Shown here: positions 8,487 through 19,240 of the stretch, in pieces
Position numbering within the stretch: the first letter of the stretch is position 1
How the letters are laid out: each line of letters begins with the position of its first letter
Assembly: GCA_963668025.2 (NCBI GenBank)
Contig: CAXXTH010000009.1
Location: 32,001 to 96,000 of the forward strand
Length of the DNA: 64,000 nt
Direction: 5' to 3'
Origin: Candidatus Hydrogenedentota bacterium
GTDB lineage: Bacteria > Hydrogenedentota > Hydrogenedentia > Hydrogenedentales > SLHB01
The notes under the pieces: generated by a model
Databases searched by the model: none
Seen by the model: only the letters and a program-made list of their open reading frames with translations
Told to the model about the DNA's origin: nothing
Program-made: the position numbers and the translations under genes

Positions 8487-10460
8487 ATGAATGGCTTTCT
8501 CAAGCAGTTGTCGCTGTGGATCGTGATCACGATCATTCTGATCCTGGCGCTCACCAACATGAAGAGCACGCAGACCCAGAAGGTGGAACTGGGCCGCAAG
8601 GATTTTGAAGAGCAGCTCGCCGCGGGCAACATCGATTCGTTGCGCGTTAAATATCATGGCAACAATCCATTACGCGAGTATGACATCAAATTCAAGGAAC
8701 CGGTCAGCGAACAAAAAGGCATGTTACTCAAAGTGGGTGAAGACATGCCGGATGACTGGCGCCAGCTCTTGAAGCAGCAAAATGTGAATTGGGGCGAGGA
8801 AGAGCAGAGCGCCATGAGCGATCTCTGGATGTCGCTGCTGCTCAACGTGGTTCCTTTCCTGCTCATCGTGGGCTTCTTTTGGTTTTTCATGTTCCGCCAG
8901 ATGCAAGGCGGTAATAATAAAGCCATGTCTTTCGGTAAAAGCCGCGCCCGCATGGTGAACCAAAGCGACAAAGTGGTCACCTTCGATGATGTGGCGGGCG
9001 TGGATGAAGCGAAAGAAGAACTGCAAGAGATCATCGAGTTTCTGAAAGACCCGAAAAAGTTCTCCCGTTTGGGCGGCAAGATCCCGAAAGGCGTGTTGCT
9101 CGTGGGGCCTCCAGGTTGTGGCAAGACCTTATTGGCGCGCGCCGTGGCAGGGGAAGCCCATGTGCCGTTCTTCAGCATCAGCGGTTCGGATTTCGTCGAG
9201 ATGTTCGTCGGCGTAGGCGCGAGCCGGGTGCGCGACCTGTTCCAGCAAGGTCAAAAACACGCGCCTTGCATCATCTTCATTGATGAGATCGACGCCGTGG
9301 GGCGGCAGCGCGGCGCGGGCTTGGGCGGCGGACATGATGAACGCGAGCAGACTTTAAATCAGCTCCTGGTCGAAATGGACGGCTTCAACACCAGCGAAGG
9401 CGTCATTCTGATGGCGGCGACGAACCGGCCTGACGTGCTCGACCGGGCGCTGTTGCGGCCTGGCCGCTTCGACAGGCAAGTCGTTGTCGCCAATCCGGAT
9501 ATCAAAGGCCGTGAGGCCATTTTGGGCATCCATGTGCGCAACAATAAAGTGCCGCTAGATAATACGGTGGACATTCGCAAACTCGCCCGGGGCACCCCCG
9601 GATTCTCGGGCGCGGATCTTGCGAACATGGTGAATGAAGCCGCCCTGCTCGCCGCACGGCGCTTACAAGATGAAGTCACCATGGTGGATTTCGAGGACGC
9701 GAAGGACCGCGTGCTGATGGGTCCTGAGCGCAGGAGCTTGGTGATCAGCCCGGAAGAAAAACGCAACACGGCCTACCATGAAGCGGGCCACGCCCTCATC
9801 GGGCGCTTGCTTCCGGATTGCGATCCCGTGCATAAAGTGACCATCATTCCGCGAGGCCCCGCACTCGGCCTTACGAGCATGCTGCCCGAGGAAGACCGCC
9901 ATGGCTATTCGAAGTCGTTTTGCCTGGCGCGGATTCGGGTGATGATGGGCGGGCGCGCCGCCGAGGAAGTGGTTTTTCATGAATATTCGAGCGGCGCATC
10001 GAGCGACCTCAAAAACGCCACGGAATTGGCCCATGCCATGGTCTGCCAGTGGGGCATGTCGGAATTAGGGCCCATTTCGTTTGGCAGCAACTCGGAAGTG
10101 TTTCTCGGGCGCGATTTCGTCCGGGAGCGTGAGTTCAGTGAGGAAACGGCTTCCGCCGTGGACCAGGCCATCCATAAAATCTTGGAAGAGGGCTATAAAG
10201 ACACGAAAGCGCTCATCGAGAAACATAAAGATGTGCTTGCGGCCATAGCCGAAACCCTTGTCGAGAAAGAAACGCTCGAGGCGGAAGAGCTCGACGATAT
10301 TATCCACAAAGCTGGCGGCGACGATATACTCCCGCCGCACCCGAAAAAGATGCCGCCTCCTTTTGTTACCGCTAAGGTGGCGGCCCCTGTACCAAATCCT
10401 GAGCCGGATTCGGGCAAGCTGGAGCCTGCACCAGGAAAACCTGTTCCCGGTACGGCATAA
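8487..10460 (+). CDS. ftsH: ATP-dependent zinc metalloprotease FtsH
   Basis: Two TMs, GPPGCGKT Walker A, IIFIDEID Walker [29 protein letters not shown] zinc motif. Confidence 0.98.
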   Translation: MNGFLKQLSLWIVITIILILALTNMKSTQTQKVELGRKDFEEQLAAGNIDSLRVKYHGNNPLREYDIKFKEPVSEQKGMLLKVGEDMPDDWRQLLKQQNVNWGEEEQSAMSDLWMSLLLNVVPFLLIVGFFWFFMFRQMQGGNNKAMSFGKSRARMVNQSDKVVTFDDVAGVDEAKEELQEIIEFLKDPKKFSRLGGKIPKGVLLVGPPGCGKTLLARAVAGEAHVPFFSISGSDFVEMFVGVGASRVRDLFQQGQKHAPCIIFIDEIDAVGRQRGAGLGGGHDEREQTLNQLLVEMDGFNTSEGVILMAATNRPDVLDRALLRPGRFDRQVVVANPDIKGREAILGIHVRNNKVPLDNTVDIRKLARGTPGFSGADLANMVNEAALLAARRLQDEVTMVDFEDAKDRVLMGPERRSLVISPEEKRNTAYHEAGHALIGRLLPDCDPVHKVTIIPRGPALGLTSMLPEEDRHGYSKSFCLARIRVMMGGRAAEEVVFHEYSSGASSDLKNATELAHAMVCQWGMSELGPISFGSNSEVFLGRDFVREREFSEETASAVDQAIHKILEEGYKDTKALIEKHKDVLAAIAETLVEKETLEAEELDDIIHKAGGDDILPPHPKKMPPPFVTAKVAAPVPNPEPDSGKLEPAPGKPVPGTA

Positions 10461-10463
10461 AAT

Positions 10464-11306
10464 ATGATGAATGCAGTATCACCACTTCAAGAACGCATGC
10501 GCAATGCGACGCTTTTAATGGGCGTCGTGAATGTGACCCCTGACTCGTTCTACGATGGAGGCGCGTATCTTGAACTGGATAAGGCGGAATCTCGGGCGCT
10601 CCAACTCATGGAAGATGGGGCGGACATCATCGATGTGGGCGGCGAATCCACCCGCCCCGGTTCGGAAGAAGTCAATCCTGAGACCGAACAAGCCCGCATA
10701 CTCCCGCTCATCGAGCGCCTTTGCGCGCGAGGAATCCCGGTTTCGGTGGATACGCGCCACGCCAGCGCCGCCCGCCACGCCCTTGCCCTTGGGGCCAGTA
10801 TGGTTAATGACATTTCCGCGCTGCGGGGAGACCCCGATATGGCGCAAGTGGTCGCGGAAGCGGGGTGCGCCTGCGTCCTCATGCACATGCAGGGCACGCC
10901 CGGCACGATGCAGCATGCGCCGCAATACCACGATATCATCGGCGATGTATGCGCGTTCTTCGAAGAACGCATTGAATTCGCCACGCGGCAGGGCATCGCC
11001 GAGTCCGCCCTATGGCTGGATCCCGGCTTCGGCTTCGGTAAAACGCCCGCTCACAATCTCGAATTACTGCGCAGGCTGCGCGAATTTACCCGTTTTGGCC
11101 TGCCTATTCTTGTCGGTACCTCTAACAAATCCACCATTGGACATGTGCTCAACTTGCCCGTGGACCAGCGTATGGAAGGCACCGCCGCGACGGTTGCTAT
11201 TGCAATCGCCAACGGAGCCGCAGCCGTGCGCGTCCACGATGTAAAAACCATGGCGCGCGTCGCACGCATGTGCGACGCTATCCTGGGACGGGGGAATGAT
11301 GGCTAA
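10464..11306 (+). CDS. folP: Dihydropteroate synthase
   Basis: MGVVNVTPDSFYDGG, DVGGESTRPG, DPGFGFGK, VRVHDV motifs. Confidence 0.97.
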   Translation: MMNAVSPLQERMRNATLLMGVVNVTPDSFYDGGAYLELDKAESRALQLMEDGADIIDVGGESTRPGSEEVNPETEQARILPLIERLCARGIPVSVDTRHASAARHALALGASMVNDISALRGDPDMAQVVAEAGCACVLMHMQGTPGTMQHAPQYHDIIGDVCAFFEERIEFATRQGIAESALWLDPGFGFGKTPAHNLELLRRLREFTRFGLPILVGTSNKSTIGHVLNLPVDQRMEGTAATVAIAIANGAAAVRVHDVKTMARVARMCDAILGRGNDG

Positions 11307-12645
11307 ACGATTATTTGGGACAGACGGCATCCGGGGTATCGCCAATATACACCCCATGACGGTCGAGATGGCCTTGGCCGTCGGCCGCGCCGCAGGGCAT
11401 CTCTTCCAGCAAGAGAAACGGCAGCACACCATTCTTATCGGCAAAGACACCCGCGTGTCGGGTTACATGTTCGAGAATGCGCTCACTGCCGGTTTGTGCT
11501 CGATGGGCATCCATGTGCTGCTGGTGGGGCCGCTGCCCACGCCAGGCGTCTCGTATATCATGCGCAGTTTGCGGTGCGACGCCGCCATCATGATTTCCGC
11601 TTCCCACAATCCGTTCCACTATAACGGCATCAAGCTGTTCGGCCCAGACGGCTTTAAGATCGCGGACGAGATGGAAGACGCCATCGAGCGCCTTGTCACC
11701 ACGAAAGGCATCGACGATATCCGCCCCACGGCGGAAAATATCGGCACCGCCCGCCGCATCGACGACGCCGTCGGGCGTTACATCGAGTTCATCAAAGCCA
11801 GTTTCCCGAAAGGCCTGCGGCTGGATGGATTGCGCGTGGTGTGCGATTGCGCCCATGGCGCGGCCTATAAAATCGGCCCGAACGCCCTGCGCGAACTGGG
11901 CGCGACGGTTATCCCCATCGGCGACAAGCCCGATGGGCGCAACATTAATGAAGGGGTGGGCTCGATGCATCCCGAGGAAATGCGCGCCACGGTTATTCGC
12001 GAACGCGCGGATGTCGGCATCGCTTTTGACGGCGACGCGGACCGTTTGCTCATGGCCGACGAAGAAGGCCGCTTGCTGGATGGCAACGCCCTGCTGTCGA
12101 TATTAGCCCGGGATTTGCTCGAGCGCGACGCCCTGCCGAACAAAACCATCGCCACGACCATCATGGCCAATGGCGGCTTGCAGCGCGCACTCGACTCCTA
12201 CGGCGCTAAGGTCATATGGACGAATGTGGGCGACCGGTGGGTAGTCGACGCCATGCGGGAACATGGCATCAGCCTGGGCGGAGAGCCTTCGGGCCACCTA
12301 GTGTTGCTCGAACACAACACCACGGGCGACGCCGCTATCGCCGCCTTGCAAGTCTTGGCCATCATGCTCCGCCGCGACCAGCCGTTATCCGTGCTGGCCA
12401 GCGTCTACCAGCCCATGCCGGAGGCCCATGCCAACGTCAAACTGGATGGCGGCAAACGGCCGAGCGAAGAAGCGCTGGGCAAGATCCTAAGCGAAGCGGA
12501 AGAACGCATCGCCGGGGCGGGCCGGGTCGTCATCCGCCCCTCGGGCACGGAACCCCTGGTGCGTGTCATGGTGCAACATGAAGCCCGGCGCACTGCGGAA
12601 TCCTTGGCCAAGGAACTGGCCGGAAAAGTAAGCGCGTTGAAATGA
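11296..12645 (+). CDS. glmM: Phosphoglucosamine mutase
   Basis: FGTDGIRG, MISASHNP, FDGDADR, GGEPSGH, RPSGTEP; conserved ftsH-folP-glmM order. Confidence 0.96.
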   Translation: MMAKRLFGTDGIRGIANIHPMTVEMALAVGRAAGHLFQQEKRQHTILIGKDTRVSGYMFENALTAGLCSMGIHVLLVGPLPTPGVSYIMRSLRCDAAIMISASHNPFHYNGIKLFGPDGFKIADEMEDAIERLVTTKGIDDIRPTAENIGTARRIDDAVGRYIEFIKASFPKGLRLDGLRVVCDCAHGAAYKIGPNALRELGATVIPIGDKPDGRNINEGVGSMHPEEMRATVIRERADVGIAFDGDADRLLMADEEGRLLDGNALLSILARDLLERDALPNKTIATTIMANGGLQRALDSYGAKVIWTNVGDRWVVDAMREHGISLGGEPSGHLVLLEHNTTGDAAIAALQVLAIMLRRDQPLSVLASVYQPMPEAHANVKLDGGKRPSEEALGKILSEAEERIAGAGRVVIRPSGTEPLVRVMVQHEARRTAESLAKELAGKVSALK

Positions 12646-12653
12646 TGAATGCC

Positions 12654-12716
12654 GTAGGGTGGGGCTTGCCCCACCGTTCACCGCAGAAAGCCTTGGTGGG
12701 GCAAGCCCCACCCTAC
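12654..12716. repeat. REP doublet (REPIN-like), family A: GTAG-GGTGGGGC-TT-GCCCCACC
   Basis: Identical 22-mer at 12654-12675 (+) and 12695-12716 (-); GTAG foot followed by a GC-rich palindrome. Confidence 0.9.
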
Positions 12717-12843
12717 ATAGTGAATTCGTACTACTAACGAACAAAATCTTGCTTTATCGCAAGGGCATTCTTTGTAAATCAAATTGAATCTAGTTGTTAT
12801 GGCATACGTTTTTATGATGTTTTGGTTGGCTCTTCCTTTGACT

Positions 12844-12865
12844 GGTGGGGCAAGCCCCACCCTAC
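12844..12865 (-). repeat. REP family A copy
   Basis: GGTGGGGCAAGCCCCACCCTAC. Confidence 0.9.
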
Positions 12866-12989
12866 GCTTCAAATTTTAGTGTATTTCGTGTATTTAGTGG
12901 TTAGAATCCGGATCTTTGGTTGCGGCCATGCCGCGCCATGGATAATCGCGTCCATTCGCGGCTAGAGAAAATGAGCGGGAGTGCGTACC

Positions 12990-13712
12990 ATGATTGAATT
13001 AGGCGTCAATATCGACCACGTGGCCACCTTGCGGCAAGCGCGCCGGGGCGTCGAGCCTGACATCATCGCCGCCGCCAAGATTTGTGAACTCGCGGGCGCA
13101 CACCAGATCACTGTCCATCTGCGGCAGGACCGCCGCCATATCCAAGACCGCGATGTCGAACTGCTCTCGCAAGTCCTCCTGGCGCGCCTCAACCTCGAGA
13201 TGGCCGCCGTGGACGAGATCATCGGCATCGCCCACCGCATCAAACCCCATACCGTCTGCCTCGTGCCCGAAAAGCGCGAAGAAGTGACTACCGAAGGCGG
13301 CCTCGATGTGGCGGGCCAAGTGGCGCGCCTGCGCGGCGTGGTCTCGGATTTCCACAGCGACGGCATCAAGGTGAGCATGTTCATCGATCCTGAAAGCAAG
13401 CAAGTCGACGCGAGCGCCGAAACGGGCGCGGACTACGTCGAACTCCACACTGGGGCGTACGCCAACGCCAAGGCCGACGCCGTCATGGAGGAAGTAGACC
13501 GCTTGGCCAATGCCGCCGCCCGCGCCATCGCCAACGGCCTTGTCTTCAATTCAGGCCACGGCCTCACGGTCCGCAACCTCCCCGCAGTCGCCGCCATCCC
13601 CGCGCTAAACGAAGTCAACATCGGCCATTCGATCCTGTCCCGCGCCCTGTTCATCGGCCTCGAAAACGCCGTGCGCGAGATCCTGGATGTCCTTGCGCAA
13701 TACGGGGAATGA
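12990..13712 (+). CDS. pdxJ: Pyridoxine 5'-phosphate synthase
   Basis: [50 protein letters not shown]. Confidence 0.97.
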   Translation: MIELGVNIDHVATLRQARRGVEPDIIAAAKICELAGAHQITVHLRQDRRHIQDRDVELLSQVLLARLNLEMAAVDEIIGIAHRIKPHTVCLVPEKREEVTTEGGLDVAGQVARLRGVVSDFHSDGIKVSMFIDPESKQVDASAETGADYVELHTGAYANAKADAVMEEVDRLANAAARAIANGLVFNSGHGLTVRNLPAVAAIPALNEVNIGHSILSRALFIGLENAVREILDVLAQYGE

Positions 13713-13760
13713 GAGCCGGATTTAAAAACACCAAATACACTGAAATATGCAGAGGATTAT

Positions 13761-13782
13761 GTAGGGTGGGGCTTGCCCCACC
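13761..13782 (+). repeat. REP family A copy
   Basis: GTAGGGTGGGGCTTGCCCCACC. Confidence 0.9.
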
Positions 13783-13832
13783 GTTCAAAGGGCAGGCCTG
13801 AAAAGAAGGCATCAAGAGGCCAGAAGCTTTTT

Positions 13833-13912
13833 AACGCAAGGCGCTGAGTACGCGGAGTTTCGCGGAGTAGAGAGCGCCTCTGCGAAACTCCGCGTTCTCA
13901 GCACCTTGCGAT
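13833..13912. repeat. Long intergenic hairpin (ACGCAGAG family)
   Basis: CGCAAGGCGCTGAGTACGCGGAGTTTCGCGGAG...CTCTGCGAAACTCCGCGTTCTCAGCACCTTGCG; relatives at about 18778-18906 and 25755-25905. Confidence 0.75.
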
Positions 13913-14248
13913 TTGTTCATATGCCGATCACACCGCAAGCAATATAAATATGAATATATCGATTTTCAATTACTAATTACTAATTTGACATGAATTAGTA
14001 TGAAATTGACAATTCGTAACGCCATATTTTTAAATAAGTTACAGCTTTTATAGGCAATAGGTTTATTTCTTTCCCGCCATATTTGCGACTTCAAAAAAAC
14101 ACTCTCATTTGGCTGCAACCATATAGATCTCACCAAGAGTATTTTGCTCTTGCGTCAATTACTAATTTATGTTATATTAGTAATTATAAATAGAAATAGT
14201 GTGAAATAATAGCAACGAATTACTAATTTGACATTAATTGACATTAAA

Positions 14249-14277
14249 TTGACAATTTGTAAGTTATTCGATATAAG
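14249..14277 (+). promoter_or_regulatory. Sigma70-type promoter of the Fic gene
   Basis: TTGACA-N17-TATAAG ending 11 nt before the ATG. Confidence 0.6.
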
Positions 14278-14288
14278 CGAGTTAAACC

Positions 14289-15626
14289 ATGAGAAAGCCT
14301 GCAACTCCTCCAAAAATCAATGATCCATTCACCACAATAATGGAAGAAAAAGATGAGTTGCCTCTTTCTCTATTTTTTAATTGTGGTCCACTAGTCAACG
14401 GGAAATACATGCATTGGGACAAATTGCGCCGCTGTCCACCTCCTTCAACACTGACTCACCTACAATGGTGGACAAGACTAAAGGCCAATCGTCTGATGGC
14501 CAAGCAGCTTTTGACGCTTCTAGACAAGCAAGGCCACACCTTTTCCTATTGTCGTTTAGCAATACCGGACGAATGGCTATATGAACTGGAACGCCAAGCC
14601 GCAGGCTCTATTGAAATGCCTGTGGATATCATTAATAAAGAATCACGCGACCGGTATTATGTCAATTCTTTGATCGAGGAAGCGATCACGTCAAGCCAGC
14701 TCGAGGGCGCGCACACCACCCGGTTGGTGGCGAAGGAAATGCTCCGCACCCAACGTCCTCCACGAGATCGAAGCGAGCGCATGATTTTGAACAATTACCG
14801 CACGATGCAAAGAATCGACGAGATTAAGAATCAGCCATTGACGAAAGAACTTGTGTTTGAAATCCACCGGCTGGTAACCGATGAAACACTCGATGAATCC
14901 GCAGCCGCGGGCCGTTTCCGAAAACCTACGGAACAAATTCATGTGGGCGGAGATAACGAGGACATCTACCATATCCCCCCTCTCGAGGAAGAACTCGATG
15001 CCCGCATGGAGGCCATGTGCGCCTTTGCCAATCGCCAAGCACCAGAGGAGGGTTTCATTCACCCGGTCATTCGCGCGATCATTTTACATTTCTGGCTCGC
15101 ATATGACCATCCATTCATTGATGGGAATGGACGAACGGCGCGGGCGCTGTTTTATTGGTGCATGCTTCACTATGGATATTGGCTTTTCGCCTACGTCTCC
15201 ATTTCCCGTACCATTTTAAAATCGAGCAGCGCGTATTACCGGGCATTTCTGTACACGGAAACGGATGATAACGACGTGACCTATTTCGTCGTCCATCAAA
15301 TGGATGTCATTCGAAAATCCATGGATGATCTGCATACGTATATCCGCCGCAAATCATTGGAAATAAAACAAGTCGAGGAACGGCTGCACGCATCGGTTTC
15401 ATTTAATCATCGCCAATTGGCGCTATTAAACCACGCCGTGCGCCATCCCAATCAGGCGTACACCATCGAATCACATATGAACAGCCACAATATCTCTTAT
15501 CAGACGGCCCGAACGGATCTACTGGGACTCAAGGAAAGGGGCGTGCTGGTGACAAAGAAAAGAGGAAAGCTCATGATTTTTTCCCCCGTGCGAGGATTGG
15601 AGCAACGCCTAATGGAGCTAGAATAA
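14289..15626 (+). CDS. Fic family protein with probable C-terminal winged HTH
   Basis: HPFIDGNGRTAR catalytic motif; SSQLEG helix; C-terminal ISYQTARTDLLGL; lower GC than neighbours. Confidence 0.93.
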   Translation: MRKPATPPKINDPFTTIMEEKDELPLSLFFNCGPLVNGKYMHWDKLRRCPPPSTLTHLQWWTRLKANRLMAKQLLTLLDKQGHTFSYCRLAIPDEWLYELERQAAGSIEMPVDIINKESRDRYYVNSLIEEAITSSQLEGAHTTRLVAKEMLRTQRPPRDRSERMILNNYRTMQRIDEIKNQPLTKELVFEIHRLVTDETLDESAAAGRFRKPTEQIHVGGDNEDIYHIPPLEEELDARMEAMCAFANRQAPEEGFIHPVIRAIILHFWLAYDHPFIDGNGRTARALFYWCMLHYGYWLFAYVSISRTILKSSSAYYRAFLYTETDDNDVTYFVVHQMDVIRKSMDDLHTYIRRKSLEIKQVEERLHASVSFNHRQLALLNHAVRHPNQAYTIESHMNSHNISYQTARTDLLGLKERGVLVTKKRGKLMIFSPVRGLEQRLMELE

Positions 15627-15647
15627 AAGCAACACTCGTCCCGCCAC

Positions 15648-16169
15648 CTAAAACGTGGCCGTGAAGCCTTCCAGCAACTCCGACACTTCTTCGTAATCGA
15701 GCAGCCTTGCGAAATCGAGGGGGGTCATGCCGCCTATCGTCCATTCATGGACCGCCGTGCTGGCTCCGTATCGAATGAGGAGATCAGCAATTTCGTTTTG
15801 GCCGGTGAGCGCGGCCCAATGGAGCGGCGTCAAACCGGCGTCATTGGCGGCGTCGGGCTCGGCGCCATTCATCAAGAGGGCTTCTACGGACTCGAGGTTG
15901 CCATGGCGCACGGCTTTGTGGAGTGGCGTTTCGCCTTGCTCGTCCCGTTCGCTCGGGTTGGCCCCTTCCGAGAGCAAATCGTTCACGGCATCCTCGAAGC
16001 CCCAGTAAGCCGCACGGTGCAGCGGGGGCAAACTGGGTACTTCCCGCTGGGTGTCGCCTGCTTCCTGGTCCAGCATGATACGGGCGATTTCCGTCCGGCC
16101 GCATCGGGCGACCCTCGAAAAAGGCGTTTCACCAGTGGCATCGGGTTTATGCAGCCATTCGCCGTTCAT
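15648..16169 (-). CDS. Ankyrin repeat protein
   Basis: Repeated GETPLHKAVRHG / GLTPLHWAALTG / GMTPLDFA; start placed at MNGEWL. Confidence 0.88.
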   Translation of the reverse strand: MNGEWLHKPDATGETPFSRVARCGRTEIARIMLDQEAGDTQREVPSLPPLHRAAYWGFEDAVNDLLSEGANPSERDEQGETPLHKAVRHGNLESVEALLMNGAEPDAANDAGLTPLHWAALTGQNEIADLLIRYGASTAVHEWTIGGMTPLDFARLLDYEEVSELLEGFTATF

Positions 16170-16661
16170 TACGCACCTACCTTTTCCGCCCAGGCGGGAG
16201 CCCCAGGCATTGAACGTGCGCTGTGCTTCACCTGCAACGCCATCAGGCATGTCCGCTATCCAAACATCCGCGCCACACGGGCATATGCCCAAGCGCGGAC
16301 TCAGGTTTGCGGCCACATGCGGCGCTCTTGCGCCGCCCTTTGGCGTTTTCAGGTTCAATATGCACGCACGCCGGGCTGGCCATTCATCTCTGGACCAGGC
16401 CCTGGATTCATCTATGGCGACTGTAGAGAAGCATAAATCACGCCAAGATACGTTCGAGGAGGGGAGCAGCTCGAAACCAAGAAAAGGCCCAAAATATGCA
16501 AGGAGCGGAAGGCATATCCACAGCACACGGCTATGCCCAAGCAGGCAAATGACGGGAAACGGGCAATTTGACAAAAGAATCGCCGATTAGGCCGCCTGAT
16601 TTAAACATGAATGCGGGCGGCCTTCTCAGAATGTGGTGAAGAAGGTAGCGTTCTTATTTTC

Positions 16662-18179
16662 TCATGGCGCTGGCGGAGAAAGAAGCTCGCTTGCCATCAG
16701 TTCAATGGGAACGGAGATCGAATCATCATGCTTTTGGGGAAGGCAGTCCCCGTAGCGAATAGGTTTGGCCTCTGGAGGCGCATCTGGCCTGAACACTTCA
16801 TAATGGGCTATCGTCACCGTGCGGTTTTCAGGGAGGGTGTACTTCAATATTTCATTGATCTCCTGTTCGAAAAGGGGTTCCTGTGGTTTGGCCTCGTTGG
16901 ACACATCGGTGAGGCGCAAGCGCACTTTTAGCGGCTGGGGCGGGTAACCCGTATCCTTAACAGTAAACTCGATCTCATGAATGGATTTGCCTGCGAATCC
17001 TGTTTTCATTAATTGAAAAAATCCATTTTGCGGGTATTGTATATACACTAGCCCAGCCGCGACCAGCCCCAAGAGCGCCATTAGAACAACCGCCCGCCAA
17101 AGGAAGGGATGCCCCGTGCGCCGCCGCATGTGGCGGTAAGAGGACCCAGTCGATTCATCGAGCCGGATGCTCGTGGCGGGCGTTTGTAACAAAGGCTTTG
17201 TCGCATCCAGGGGATGGGAGCCGGAGGGCGTGCGCATGGTCTCACTCGAGTGAATCGACAAAGCGGATTTGCCGAGGGTGTCGGCCTCGAGGGTGGGTTC
17301 GTCAAATGGCGTGATACCCGTCACGGCGGGATCAGGATTTTCCTTCAACGTTTCCCGCAATGCCTTCGCCATGGCAGAGCCGTCGGGATACCGGCGCCGA
17401 GGGTCTTTACTAAGCGCCCGGGACACGACAGCGGAAAGCACGGTATTGACCGCGGGATTGAGATCAGAGAGGGGCAGCGGATTGGTCTTCAAGACATTGT
17501 GCATCACGGCGGTCATGGCGGCGCCTTGGAAAGGCTTTTCGCCGCTGAGCAGCTCGTATAGCATAACGGCCACGGCGAAGAGGTCCGTGCGCCCATCCAC
17601 CGGCCGCCCGGTGAATTGTTCCGGGCTCATATAATGGGGCGTGCCCACCAGGGCTCCTTCGCGCGTCAACTGCGAGCCCGCCACGTGGGCGATCCCAAAA
17701 TCGGCGATGCAGGGGCGGCCATCCACGGACACCAGAATATTCGCCGGTTTAATGTCGCGGTGGACAATGCCGCGTTCATGGGCGTACGCGAGGGCTTCAC
17801 ACACGGGCGCGATGACTTCCACCGCCTCTTCCGGCGTGAGGCCGCCCCGCTTGTCCACCCAGCTATACAAGTCGCCGCCCTCGACGAACTCCATGGCGAT
17901 ATAGGCAAGGCCGCTCTCTTCACCCGCGTCATAAATGGTGACAATGTTCGGATGGTTTAATACGCCAGCAGCCCGGGCCTCGCGCAGGAAGCGTTCCAGC
18001 ATCACGCTAGCGTCGCCCGAATCCGCGAGCACATCGCGCCGGGCGGTTTTGATTGCTACATGGCGACCGATATTGGGATCGCGGCCTTCATAAACGATGC
18101 CCATTCCGCCACGGCCCAGTTTGCGCACGACCTCATAACGTCCAATGCGCCCGGGCAAATCTTCTTGTGCCAATGCCAT
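16662..18179 (-). CDS. Hanks-type Ser/Thr protein kinase with TM segment
   Basis: LGRGGMGIVY, VAIK, HRDIKPAN, DFGIA, GTPHYMSPEQ; hydrophobic helix then a short C-terminal domain. Confidence 0.95.
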   Translation of the reverse strand: MALAQEDLPGRIGRYEVVRKLGRGGMGIVYEGRDPNIGRHVAIKTARRDVLADSGDASVMLERFLREARAAGVLNHPNIVTIYDAGEESGLAYIAMEFVEGGDLYSWVDKRGGLTPEEAVEVIAPVCEALAYAHERGIVHRDIKPANILVSVDGRPCIADFGIAHVAGSQLTREGALVGTPHYMSPEQFTGRPVDGRTDLFAVAVMLYELLSGEKPFQGAAMTAVMHNVLKTNPLPLSDLNPAVNTVLSAVVSRALSKDPRRRYPDGSAMAKALRETLKENPDPAVTGITPFDEPTLEADTLGKSALSIHSSETMRTPSGSHPLDATKPLLQTPATSIRLDESTGSSYRHMRRRTGHPFLWRAVVLMALLGLVAAGLVYIQYPQNGFFQLMKTGFAGKSIHEIEFTVKDTGYPPQPLKVRLRLTDVSNEAKPQEPLFEQEINEILKYTLPENRTVTIAHYEVFRPDAPPEAKPIRYGDCLPQKHDDSISVPIELMASELLSPPAP

Positions 18180-18384
18180 ACTCCTCGATCGCCCTTCCCA
18201 TACAAAACGCCATATCCTTTTGGGGAAGGGAATATAATGATAGGGTTCTTCGCGCGGACAGTCAATGTTTGAATCTAGGCAATCGCTTTTTAAATAGCAT
18301 ATTTATTGTATTAAGACAAAAGCATACAGCCAGAGGCCGCAAAAGGCGCAAGGAAGCATAAGAAGAAAGCTTTTTATACTACTT

Positions 18385-19030
18385 GCGTGGGCGTTGCCCA
18401 CAACCCAATGAAATAGCATAACACTGTTCATTCTCGTTTATCTTTGCGTTCTTGGCGGCTTTGCGTGCGTATCAATCGAATGGAATTCCTGTTGGTAGTA
18501 CAGCGAGGCAGCCTTACTCATCTATTTCACGCGAAGCCGCAAAGAATACAAGGTTTAGCGCGCGGCATATCAACAATCAAAAAGCTGGGTTTTGCGGCCA
18601 CCTTATGCAGGGGGCGAAGATATTGCCCACCGCCCAATGGAACGCCATGAATCTAGCGATTTTCCAACCCACTAAACTATTTCAAAATAATACATAATAT
18701 TCTATCCTACGAAGTAGTATCTTGTATTTGGCAGCCTTGTTTATTCCTTTTCGCCGGCCTTGAATTGAGTCATTTTCAACGCAGAGGCGCGGAGAATGCA
18801 AAGTATCGCAGAGATCCACTTTTCTCTATTCTCGAATGTGCGAATAAGCGGTTCGAGAGTATTTCCTCTACTTTTCGGATCTCTGCGTTCTCCGCGCCTC
18901 TGCGTTGATAGTAACCATCCACCGGCTGTTCTTCACCACTGGACTAAATTGTTACAAATATACTTACATATGTAGGCGAAAGACTATTTTTTTCTTGTAT
19001 AAGCTGGAGCGTACAGTACTACCAGTCATT
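18385..19030 (+). repeat. Composite non-coding dispersed repeat, copy A (interrupted by an ACGCAGAG hairpin)
   Basis: Colinear with the reverse complement of about 28680-29053 and with about 22380-22650; end coordinates approximate. Confidence 0.8.
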
Positions 19031-19079
19031 TTTTGTTTTCACGAAGATTCTCAATGCAAATCCAGCCAGAACATATAGG

Positions 19080-19210
19080 CGCATATATCGGAACTTTACA
19101 TGGTGTTTTGCTTGAGTATTACTCATCACATGGGCGAGACGCCCATGCTACGGGAGTTACAACATGGAGAAAAATTTATTGGCGTTCATTCGTGGTGAGG
19201 TAAAGCATAT
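19080..19210 (-). repeat. About 130-bp repeat unit carrying REP family B (GTAG-CATGGGCG-TCT-CGCCCATG at 19129-19151)
   Basis: Homologous over its length to about 46670-46800 in the opposite orientation. Confidence 0.85.
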
Positions 19211-19240
19211 TGGTCGCGGCTCCGCTACGCTGTGTAAATC

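Noticed and set aside
12654-13782. CRISPR array
   Set aside because: Repeats alternate in orientation with irregular spacing and no cas genes; they fit REP structure.
16170-16574. N-terminal extension of the ankyrin ORF
   Set aside because: Not protein-like; ankyrin similarity starts after ATG 16169.
18833-18848. GAATGTGCGAATAAG resembling an IS5-type end
   Set aside because: Short match with no partner IR or transposase; it lies in the spacer of a hairpin repeat.
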